From: an uncultured bacterium | Lineage (GTDB): Bacteria > Electryoneota > AABM5-125-24 > Hatepunaeales > Hatepunaeaceae | Length of the DNA stretch: 22,257 bases | Reading direction: 5' to 3' | NCBI GenBank assembly: GCA_964471745.1 | Contig: CAYYHI010000034.1 | Coordinates: forward strand, 1-22,257 | Shown here: piece after piece, positions 1 through 7,399 of the stretch | Layout of the letters: each line of letters starts with the position of its first letter | Numbering within the stretch: the stretch's first letter is position 1 | Notes under the pieces: model-generated | The model's input: the letters and a program-made list of their open reading frames with translations, nothing else | Told to the model about the DNA's origin: nothing | Databases searched by the model: none | Translations under genes and position numbers: made by a program

Positions 1-157
1 CCCTGTCAATATAGATCCATACATCTTTAGCATCGGCATCCCAAGAGTTTGATATTGCTTCACCTAAAACAGTCATGAAGCTTCTGTACAGATTCCTCCC
101 AAGGTGATTTAAAACGCTGAGAGAGATGGCAAATGTAAATTTTTCATTGTTAGACAT
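1..157 (-). CDS. Hypothetical protein, 5' portion only; the gene runs off the left edge. The visible N-terminus is MSNNEKFTFAISLSVLNHLGRNLYRSFMTVLGEAISNSWDADAKDVWIYIDR. It may be a restriction-endonuclease partner of the upstream C5-methyltransferase.
   Basis: An open frame on the minus strand starts at ATG 157..155. That ATG overlaps the last codons and stop of the upstream methyltransferase gene (ATGTCTAA overlap), which implies translational coupling. It is absent from the ORF track because no stop lies in the window. No recognisable motif is present in the 52 visible residues. Confidence 0.4.
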   Translation of the reverse strand, partial: MSNNEKFTFAISLSVLNHLGRNLYRSFMTVLGEAISNSWDADAKDVWIYIDR

Positions 158-1244
158 TGTATTCCCTCACATGATTTTTTATACTTCTTGCAATTACTTT
201 TCCAAGTTTGACTGGAACTGCATTTCCAATTAACTTTCCTATTCGTTCAGTGGATATCTGTTTGCCCGATTCTATAAAGTCGTATTCAATTGGAAACGTC
301 TGTAAAAGTGCTCCTTCTCTCAAGGAAATAGCTCGATCCTGTTCAGGATGTCCGAAACGACCATTTCCAAAACCAAAGAATTGAGTGGTGATCGTGGGTG
401 CAGGTTTATCCCACTCCATACGACCATAAACGCTTACGTAAGTCCTGCAGGTAGGTTTCTTGTGGCAATCGGCTATGAGATCCTCCGACCATTGTCTCCA
501 AGTCCCTCCGGGTTTGGACTGCCGAATTCGTCGTAAGTTTTTATCAGAAAGGTTTCGCGATCTATGCAACGGATCAATACTTGATATTTCTCCTGCAGAT
601 AATGGTTCTAAATCCTTTATCCAGTCACGAACCGTCGTATATTCGGTGGGTTTATGAGTGGGTTCTATTAAATCTAATGAGCCGAAAAGGGATGCGAAGA
701 GAACTAATCTTCTACGCGTTTGAGGTATTCCATATTCTCGACAATCAACGATAAAAGTCGTTACGTGATAACCTTCTTTAATTAGTCCTTCAATGAAATC
801 TTCATACACCTGGTGTTTGGTTAGAAGAGACACGTTCTCCATACTGACAATTTCAGGTTTAAGCTCACTAATTATACGAGAGAACGAATATAAAAGCCCC
901 CATTTAGCATCGTTTCTGTTTTCGTATCCTTGTGTATAAGCTGAAAACGGCTGGCATGGAGCACAACCTACTAAAATTTTCAGGTCGTTTTTGGTATAGA
1001 GACCTGCGATATCATCTCCAGATAATTCGGAAACATCTTTAAGCAGAAACTCGCATTTGTTGTTTTGTTCATAAGAATAACGACAATCGGGATCTATATC
1101 TATACCGGCATTAACTGCGATTCCCTCTTGTTGAAATCCGTATGTTAGACCACCGACTCCACAAAATAGGTCAACTGCAGAGGCATTTACAACGAATGGT
1201 CGATCCGAGTAATTATTACTCATAGTTAACAACATCTTATTCAA
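150..1244 (-). CDS. dcm: DNA (cytosine-5)-methyltransferase (Dcm-like C5-MTase)
   Basis: C5-MTase motifs are present: I DLFCGVGG, IV GCAPCQPFS (catalytic PCQ), VI ENV, VIII QTRRR, X GNAVPV. Its length (~360 aa) is typical. The ORF-track start at 1244 is a TTG. The first ATG is at 1235, 1 nt after the vsr stop. Confidence 0.9.
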   Translation of the reverse strand: MNKMLLTMSNNYSDRPFVVNASAVDLFCGVGGLTYGFQQEGIAVNAGIDIDPDCRYSYEQNNKCEFLLKDVSELSGDDIAGLYTKNDLKILVGCAPCQPFSAYTQGYENRNDAKWGLLYSFSRIISELKPEIVSMENVSLLTKHQVYEDFIEGLIKEGYHVTTFIVDCREYGIPQTRRRLVLFASLFGSLDLIEPTHKPTEYTTVRDWIKDLEPLSAGEISSIDPLHRSRNLSDKNLRRIRQSKPGGTWRQWSEDLIADCHKKPTCRTYVSVYGRMEWDKPAPTITTQFFGFGNGRFGHPEQDRAISLREGALLQTFPIEYDFIESGKQISTERIGKLIGNAVPVKLGKVIARSIKNHVREYNV

Positions 1245-1650
1245 CTGTCAAGCTCTTAAGTTTCTTGAGCTTTTCATTTACCAACCCTTTTTTAATCTCA
1301 CATTCCCATATCCTTATCACTTGCCAGCCTTTAGATATTAATACAGTGTCAACTTTACAGTCCCGCTCCTTATTACGCTTAATTTTCTTTTCCCAGAACT
1401 CGTGATTTGTTGCAGGCTTCGTGTTCCGACAATCATGACCATGCCAAAAACAACCGTCAGCGAATACCGCTATCTTGGCTCTTAGAAAAACAAAATCTGG
1501 ACTACCTGGTGCAGAATAGTTACGTCGCCACCCCTTTATTCTGTGTTCCCTGAACAAATCGATAAGTTTCATTTCTGTTGATTTATTTCGCTTCCCTCGA
1601 TTTGCTCTCATAATCTGTGAGCGTTTTTCCTGTGAAAAGGAGTCTGTCAT
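1237..1650 (-). CDS. vsr: Very-short-patch repair endonuclease Vsr
   Basis: Carries the Vsr signature FADGCFWHGHDC, in a ~137 aa protein with a basic N-terminus. It is tightly linked or overlapping with the C5-MTase gene, the classical dcm/vsr association. Here vsr sits upstream. Confidence 0.88.
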   Translation of the reverse strand: MTDSFSQEKRSQIMRANRGKRNKSTEMKLIDLFREHRIKGWRRNYSAPGSPDFVFLRAKIAVFADGCFWHGHDCRNTKPATNHEFWEKKIKRNKERDCKVDTVLISKGWQVIRIWECEIKKGLVNEKLKKLKSLTVE

Positions 1651-1714
1651 GTTCTTATTGGTAAGTTACAAGTTGCAAGTCCCGAATTGGACTCATTCAA
1701 GTAGTCCACGCTGC

Positions 1715-2082
1715 CTTATTCATAACCGCAATATAATCAAATTAATTGCAAAGACAAACAAAACGATCCGCTGAGATTCAACTTACATCTCCGGATGCTC
1801 TCTATAATACAAGCAGTAGCCGGTTAAAGATTCGTGGGGGAGTAGCCTTGTGATTTACCTCTTACGGAGTGCGCTTTGGTTGCTTGTCCTGTTTGTTTTT
1901 TGTCTTCTGATCCTGTTTGCTTTTCTTCTGTTTCTGACTCTTGATTTTATCCTTTTTCCCGCCTTTGTCACCCATCGTGTGACCCCTTTTTAGTTTTTAA
2001 TTTGTAATCTCACCGTGAGGGATGCTGTCTTATTTATAATCTCAATATAATCAAAGAAGTTGCAAAGTCAAGCAAAACAAGA
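1715..2082. repeat. Pair of ~50-bp direct repeats (1715-1766 and 2029-2082, roughly 85% identical). They flank ~260 bp of T-rich non-coding sequence between vsr and the tRNA.
   Basis: Read directly from the sequence: cttatt(c/t)ataa..caatataatcaaa....ttgcaaag.caa.caaaaca.ga occurs twice. Confidence 0.6.
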
Positions 2083-2269
2083 CAATATTGTTCCATTGTT
2101 TCATTGTTGGATTCCGGATCCCCCTCGTCCGCGAGAGCAGGCTTGTCCGGAATGTCGAATTAAGGAAGAGATTGCTTCGTCACTTCGTTCCTCGCAATGA
2201 CAAATGGATTCCAAATCAAGTTTGGAATGATGAGGAATTGCTGTCGACTGCGGCGAGTCGACAGCGTAG

Positions 2270-2341
2270 TAGCCCGTAGGGGAATCGAACCCCTGTTACC
2301 GGCGTGAGAGGCCGGCGTCCTAACCGCTGAACGAACGGGCC
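2270..2341 (-). tRNA. tRNA-Glu (anticodon CUC)
   Basis: The reverse complement folds as a cloverleaf. Acceptor GGCCCGT/ACGGGCT, D-stem GTTC/GGAC, anticodon stem CCGGC/GCCGG with loop CUCUCAC (U33, CUC, A37), T-arm AGGGG-TTCGATT-CCCCT, discriminator A. No CCA is encoded. Confidence 0.8.
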
Positions 2342-2368
2342 TATTGTATTCCCTGGTGTAAGTGAGAT

Positions 2369-3895
2369 TTATTCAAAACCGAGCTCACCGACCGTGTCTT
2401 CAGTTACTTTTACAATAGAGCCATCCCGAACCATAGCCACTATCTTTTCGATATCGGGATAGAGAACCCGGTCATTCTCCAGGAAGGCAACCTGCTCCCG
2501 GATCTTATGATAGGCGATGCGTGTTCCTTTGCCTGGTTGGAGTGGCTTGCGGTAGTCAAACGCCTGAGCGGCTGACATCATCTCTATCGCCAGTACCGCG
2601 CCGACATTGCGCAGGATTTCACCGCACTTGCGCACTGCGATCGGCGTCATAGCCACGTGATCCTCCTGATCGGCGGAAACACTGATAGAATCGACGCACG
2701 CCGGATGAGACAGCACCTTGTTCTCGCTGACCAGCGCCGCCGCAGTGTACTGCGCTACCATAAGTCCCGAATTGAGACCATTACCCTCTACGAGGAAATC
2801 AGGCAGCCCGGATAGATTCTTATTCAGAAGACGGTTGGTATGCCGTTCGGACAGGTTGGCGATTTCGGACATCGCCATTGCCAGGAAGTCCATCCCCAGC
2901 GCGATGTTCTGACTGTGGAAGTTGCCGCCCGCCAGGTAAGCTTCGCCCTCCGTAAAGAACAGCGGATTATCCGCCGATGAGTTCATCTCCGTTTCAACCT
3001 GCTTGCGTACGTACAGCCATGCATCGACCGTCGGACCGTAAACCTGCGGTGTGCAGCGCATCGAATAGCCGTCCTGGACCTTGCCTGAACCGTCGGCGAT
3101 GACTTCGCTGTCAGCCATCAACATCCGCAGATGTTTCGCCACCAGGTTCTGGCCGTGGAACGGGCGCGCTGCGTGCAACCGGGCGTCGTAAGCCGATTGG
3201 ACTCCCTTCAGTGCGTCGATGGTCATAGCTGACGCAATGAACGCGTTTTTAATCAGATTGCGGGCGTCGACCAACTCCAGCGCTGCGCCACCGACGCACA
3301 TCTGACTGCCGTTGATCAGCCCCAAACCTTCCTTGTAGCCGAGGTCGATGATCTTGATGCCGGCTTGCTCCATCGCCTGACCGCCCGGCATCCGCTCGCC
3401 CTTATAGTAAGCTTCGCCTTCGCCTAAGCATACTAAAGCCAACTGCGACATCGGGGACAGATCGCCGGAAACGCCCAAAGAGCCTTTTTCGCAAACTACC
3501 GATGTAACGCCCTTGTTCAGCATATCCACTAAAACCTGCGGAATCTGCAGCCTGACGCCGGAATTGCCGCGGCAAAGCGTGTTCGCGCGCAACAACATCG
3601 CTGCTCGCACATTCTCCTCAGGAAACGGATCACCAGTACCGGCGGCGTGGCTGTAAATAATACGCCGCTGTAGTTCGGAACTCATTTCAGGTGACACGCG
3701 CAAACGTGCCAGTTCGCCAATGCCGGTAGTCACACCATAAATGGCTGTACCCTTGTCAACTAACTTTTGAATCAGCGCAGCAGAAGCGTTGATCCGTTCG
3801 ATTGCTTCCGGTGCGAGTTCAACTTCGGCGCCGTTTCGAGCAACCTGAGCAACCTGGTCTATATTAAGGTTGTTTCCGTTTATTTGTATTTTCAT
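2369..3895 (-). CDS. hutH: Histidine ammonia-lyase (MIO-dependent aromatic amino acid lyase family)
   Basis: Matches HAL across its 508 aa. It has the SGDL active-site region (GSLGVSGDL) and the conserved FHSQNIALGMDFLAMAMSE..SERHTNRLLN..LSGLPDFL block. The ATG is at 3895 and is preceded by an AGGAG RBS. Confidence 0.88.
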   Translation of the reverse strand: MKIQINGNNLNIDQVAQVARNGAEVELAPEAIERINASAALIQKLVDKGTAIYGVTTGIGELARLRVSPEMSSELQRRIIYSHAAGTGDPFPEENVRAAMLLRANTLCRGNSGVRLQIPQVLVDMLNKGVTSVVCEKGSLGVSGDLSPMSQLALVCLGEGEAYYKGERMPGGQAMEQAGIKIIDLGYKEGLGLINGSQMCVGGAALELVDARNLIKNAFIASAMTIDALKGVQSAYDARLHAARPFHGQNLVAKHLRMLMADSEVIADGSGKVQDGYSMRCTPQVYGPTVDAWLYVRKQVETEMNSSADNPLFFTEGEAYLAGGNFHSQNIALGMDFLAMAMSEIANLSERHTNRLLNKNLSGLPDFLVEGNGLNSGLMVAQYTAAALVSENKVLSHPACVDSISVSADQEDHVAMTPIAVRKCGEILRNVGAVLAIEMMSAAQAFDYRKPLQPGKGTRIAYHKIREQVAFLENDRVLYPDIEKIVAMVRDGSIVKVTEDTVGELGFE

Positions 3896-4020
3896 GTTTT
3901 ATGTACTCCTGAGATGCAGTATAGTATAATTTTTATTAGGTTCCCGCCAGATTACGACCGTAACAATACTTTGAAATCCACAAGCCAGGAATCCATCGGT
4001 CTTGAAATCTGGCGGTAACT
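3896..4020 (-). promoter_or_regulatory. hutH 5' leader/promoter region (copy U1). It has a conserved structured element (outer stem CCGCCAGATT...AATCTGGCGG, inner GACCG/CGGTC) and an AGGAG RBS.
   Basis: Inverted repeats lie immediately upstream of the hutH ATG. The whole segment recurs, ~85% identical, at 7467-7600. Confidence 0.4.
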
Positions 4021-4041
4021 AAATAATTGTCTTCCTTTCAT

Positions 4042-4090
4042 AGATTGCTTCACTGACCGCCAGGGTCATTGCGAACGAAGTGAAGCAATC
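4042..4090. terminator. Hairpin (13-bp stem AGATTGCTTCACT/AGTGAAGCAATCT, ~23-nt loop) downstream of MTase-nuclease gene A. Probably a terminator or REP-like element.
   Basis: Inverted repeat read from the sequence. It shares the GAACGAAGTGAAG..AATC core with the 27-bp-stem hairpin at 19222-19306. Confidence 0.45.
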
Positions 4091-4136
4091 TTTAGAGACG
4101 GGTACGGAGCCCAGTCCTCCTGAAGTTGACAGTCCA

Positions 4137-5726
4137 TTAGTCAAATATCTTCTCTTGGTTATCTGATTTATTTACGAATTTGGGAGCTCCCAATAGTCCT
4201 CCTCCAGGAGGAATCTTAAAGCAATCCGGATCACTTAGCAGTTGCGGGATTGTTAAAATCTGCATCCGAGGATAATCCCGGTTCATAACCTCCGAATGAT
4301 AAAATCCGGCTGAGGACGCTTCCGAAATCATCCCCGCAGTTGGCGGTTCGAGAGTTATGAATGCGCTCATTTCAGCCTTTTCCCTCTCCATTACGCCCTT
4401 GAGGTCGCGTATCTGGGATGGGTTCACGGTCCCGGATTTCACTTGAATGATGCATTTGGCGTACGTTCGCCGAGGACCGTGTATAAAACTCCTGTAGCCA
4501 TCGATACCCCGGTCAGCGCCCTTTTTCTTTTCACCCCACGGTCGAGCGTTGATTAACCCCAATGCCCAATATTGGAACTGGTATCGGTTCTCCCTTGCCA
4601 AAGCTCTCGCCTCTTCCACGGTTGTCGGTTCACCGATTACATCGTAGGACTGGCGATCCATACCGAACCTGGAGTATAGCCGGAATTTAATCAGGTCGAT
4701 CGCCAAGTGAGTTACATCGATCCCGATCCATTGACGCGGTGGAAGCTCCGGATTCTCTTTATTAAGAGTCTCAACTGCATCGATTGTTGTGCCGCAGCCG
4801 CAGAAGGGATCGAGGATTATATCACCTGATTTGGATGCCGAATTAACTACCCTGTGTAAGAGCTCCAACGGTTTTTGTGTTTGGTAACCGAGTCTTTCCT
4901 TAGCCTGTGAATTAATAAAATCGATCTCCCAAACGTCGGGCGCAGTAGTTAATCGGGTTTCTGCTTCGACGATCCTTGCATAATCTTTGAGATTTATCCT
5001 TCCCCGCGCTACGGCTTCTTCAACCTTCCCTTTATCATAGATGATTAACTGTGGCTTTCTCACGCCATCAATTGGTACTGTATTTCGATCCCAGCCTCTT
5101 TCGTGCTTCTTAATTTGTCCGGATGTTGGTTTAATATAAGTCCTGTTGATTTGATGTTGCATATCCTTCGCATAAAACAGGATATTATCATGCATCCTTT
5201 GGAAGTGCTTCGATTTTGCAGTCCACCGCCTGTAATACCATATTATATCATTTCGGAATAGCTTCGGTCCAAATATCGCATCCAAGACAAGCTTGAGGTA
5301 ATGACTGGCGGTCGGATCGCAATGCAGATATAACGAACCGGTCGGCTTCAATATCCGGTGCAATTCAACCAGTCTGACAGCCATCTGGACTAAATACGCA
5401 TACATGGGCGAATGACAGAGGAAGCTCTCCAGCATATTTAACAGAGCAACCAACGGCTGTGGTGTATAGTCAATTACGCTGTTTATCTCATATAAAGCCT
5501 TCGCGGCGTTCTCATCCCACCTCCATGTATCCTCAAACGCCTTGATCTGAGCCGATGAGGGTGTTCCTTCCTCGTCCTTAAACAGAACGTTGTAGCTCTG
5601 ATTGGAGTTAAATGGCGGATCAAGGTAGATCAGGTCGACCGATTCCGATGGAAAGAAATCCCTGTCTCTGAGGAATTTGAGGTTATCACCGAAATATAAA
5701 CGATTGGTGGGGATCATACAACACAT
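4137..5726 (-). CDS. Beta-class DNA amino-methyltransferase (N6-A/N4-C; DPPF...FCGCG) fused to a C-terminal Mrr-type PD-(D/E)XK restriction-endonuclease-like domain (paralog A)
   Basis: Motif IV DLIYLDPPF comes before motif I ILDPFCGCGTT, the beta permutation. PTGSLYLHCDP is also present. The C-terminus has YWALGLINARPWG..RGIDGY..CIIQVKSG..IRDLKGVM..AFITLEPPT, matching the Mrr catalytic-domain hallmarks (GIDG, QxK, FxTt). The likely real start is the conserved MIPTNRLYF at 5717. Confidence 0.8.
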   Translation of the reverse strand: MCCMIPTNRLYFGDNLKFLRDRDFFPSESVDLIYLDPPFNSNQSYNVLFKDEEGTPSSAQIKAFEDTWRWDENAAKALYEINSVIDYTPQPLVALLNMLESFLCHSPMYAYLVQMAVRLVELHRILKPTGSLYLHCDPTASHYLKLVLDAIFGPKLFRNDIIWYYRRWTAKSKHFQRMHDNILFYAKDMQHQINRTYIKPTSGQIKKHERGWDRNTVPIDGVRKPQLIIYDKGKVEEAVARGRINLKDYARIVEAETRLTTAPDVWEIDFINSQAKERLGYQTQKPLELLHRVVNSASKSGDIILDPFCGCGTTIDAVETLNKENPELPPRQWIGIDVTHLAIDLIKFRLYSRFGMDRQSYDVIGEPTTVEEARALARENRYQFQYWALGLINARPWGEKKKGADRGIDGYRSFIHGPRRTYAKCIIQVKSGTVNPSQIRDLKGVMEREKAEMSAFITLEPPTAGMISEASSAGFYHSEVMNRDYPRMQILTIPQLLSDPDCFKIPPGGGLLGAPKFVNKSDNQEKIFD

Positions 5727-5744
5727 CCAATTGGACTCAGCATT

Positions 5745-5815
5745 TCAAACCTTTAGCGCCGTACTGAGCAACCTGGTCTATATTAAGATTGTTATCGTTT
5801 ATTTGTGTTTTCAAT
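5745..5815 (-). repeat. Degenerate copy of the hutH 5' coding end (the ATG has decayed to ATTG). It forms a short uORF-like leader directly upstream of MTase-nuclease A.
   Basis: The reverse complement reads (L)KTQINDNNLNIDQVAQ..., versus hutH MKIQINGNNLNIDQVAQVA. The conserved junction CCAATTGGACT(C/T)AGCATTTCAAACCTT(T/C)AGCGCCGT precedes both MTase genes. Confidence 0.7.
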
Positions 5816-5841
5816 GAATATCTCCAGAGAAACTAATTATT

Positions 5842-7380
5842 TCAATCAAACATCTTATTTTGAGAATCATCCCGCTTCTTAAATTTTGGTGCCGAGGCTA
5901 ATTGTCCACCTGGAGGAATCTTAAAAATATCCGGATCCTTAAATAATTCTTTGATTGTTAGTATCTGCAAACGCGGATAATCCTTGTTCATCACCTCGGA
6001 ATGATAAAACCCAGTTGCAGCAGACTCCGTTATCATCTCTTTAGTTGGCTTCTCAAGAGTAATGAAAACACCAAGTTTTGCATTTACTCTTTCCATAGTC
6101 CCTTTTAAATCCCTTATCATACTGGGATTAACTTTACCAGATTTTACCTGAACTATACATTTTTCGTATTTTCGCTTGGCACCGTGTAGGAAGTATCTAT
6201 ATCCATCTATTCCTCTATCGGGTTTTCCCCACGGACGTGCCCCAATTAAACCGAGAGCCCAATATTCGAATTGTTTACGATTCTCAAGCGCCAAGGCTTT
6301 AGCTTCCTCTAAGGTAGTTGGTTCCCCTATAACATCATAATAGTTTCTATCGATACCGAATCGTGTCATAAGACGGTTCTTCATAAGATCAATCGCCAGA
6401 TGTGTGATGTCGATGCCGATCCACTTGCGAGGCGGTTTGTCGGGAGTTTCCTGATTTAATGTCTCTACAGCGTCAATTGTCGTTCCGCATCCGCAGAAGG
6501 GATCAAGGATCATATCGCCGGGATTTGAGCCGATAGTTATTATCCTTCTTAGAAGTCGAACAGGTTTTTGGGTATCATAACCCAATGATTCTTTTTCACC
6601 ACTGGTGAGTTTTTCAATATTGAATAAATCATCCAACGGACGCCCGTATGCCATTGCGTCTTCAATATAGCGTTTGATTCTCTTTCCCTTTCCAGCATCG
6701 GAAAGAACGTATTCCCTTCCATCTTTATCTACATGGATTTTTTGCTTCCTAACTTTTATATATTCCTCCTTTGATTCCCATTCGGCTGTCGGGTAGTTAA
6801 AGGTAAATCTCAATTTCTTTCTATATAGAAATATAGTATCATGTCGGGATTCAATCCTGGATTTCAGCTTTTTATTCCATCCTGAATAATGCCAAACTAT
6901 ATCATTTCTGAAATTCTTCGGTCCGAAAATGCCATCTAATAATAATTTTAAATAGTGACTCGCCGTCGGATCGCAGTGCAGGAATAGCGAGCCAGTAGGC
7001 TTCAGAATCCTATGCATCTCGACCAATCTCACCCCCATCTGCACCAGGTAAGCATACATCGGTGAATGTTTCAGGAATTCTTCCAGCATATTGATCAAAG
7101 CGACAAGCGGTTGGGGAGTGTAGTCAATAACCGTATTCATTTCATGCAGCGCTTTTGCAGCAGATTCATCCCAGCGCCACGTGTCCTCGAAAGCCTTAAC
7201 CTGTGCCGTTGAGGGCGTCCCCTCAGCTTCTTTGTACAGAACGTTATAGCTCTGATTGGAATTGAACGGCGGATCAAGGTAGATCAGGTCGACCGATTCC
7301 GATGGGAAGAAATCCCTGTCCCTGAGGAATTTAAGGTTGTCACCGAAATATAGGCGGTTGGTGGGGATCATATACAACAT
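5842..7380 (-). CDS. Beta-class DNA amino-methyltransferase fused to a C-terminal Mrr-type nuclease domain (paralog B; the central target-recognition region differs from A)
   Basis: Has the same motifs as paralog A (DLIYLDPPF, ILDPFCGCGTT, DRGIDGY, CIVQVKSG, VFITLEKPT). The N-terminal ~160 aa and the C-terminal nuclease domain are highly similar to A. The region between motif IV and motif I is strongly diverged. Confidence 0.8.
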   Translation of the reverse strand: MLYMIPTNRLYFGDNLKFLRDRDFFPSESVDLIYLDPPFNSNQSYNVLYKEAEGTPSTAQVKAFEDTWRWDESAAKALHEMNTVIDYTPQPLVALINMLEEFLKHSPMYAYLVQMGVRLVEMHRILKPTGSLFLHCDPTASHYLKLLLDGIFGPKNFRNDIVWHYSGWNKKLKSRIESRHDTIFLYRKKLRFTFNYPTAEWESKEEYIKVRKQKIHVDKDGREYVLSDAGKGKRIKRYIEDAMAYGRPLDDLFNIEKLTSGEKESLGYDTQKPVRLLRRIITIGSNPGDMILDPFCGCGTTIDAVETLNQETPDKPPRKWIGIDITHLAIDLMKNRLMTRFGIDRNYYDVIGEPTTLEEAKALALENRKQFEYWALGLIGARPWGKPDRGIDGYRYFLHGAKRKYEKCIVQVKSGKVNPSMIRDLKGTMERVNAKLGVFITLEKPTKEMITESAATGFYHSEVMNKDYPRLQILTIKELFKDPDIFKIPPGGQLASAPKFKKRDDSQNKMFD

Positions 7381-7399
7381 CCAATTGGACTTAGCATTT

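Noticed and set aside
2088-2279. 63-aa plus-strand ORF overlapping the tRNA 3' flank
   Set aside because: It runs into the tRNA, lies in a non-coding repeat-rich region, and has no RBS or motif.
3767-4018. 83-aa plus-strand ORF spanning the hutH start and leader. A similar ORF lies at 7486-7689.
   Set aside because: The sequence is better explained as the hutH leader/promoter repeat (U1/U2). The ORFs are artefacts of that repeat.
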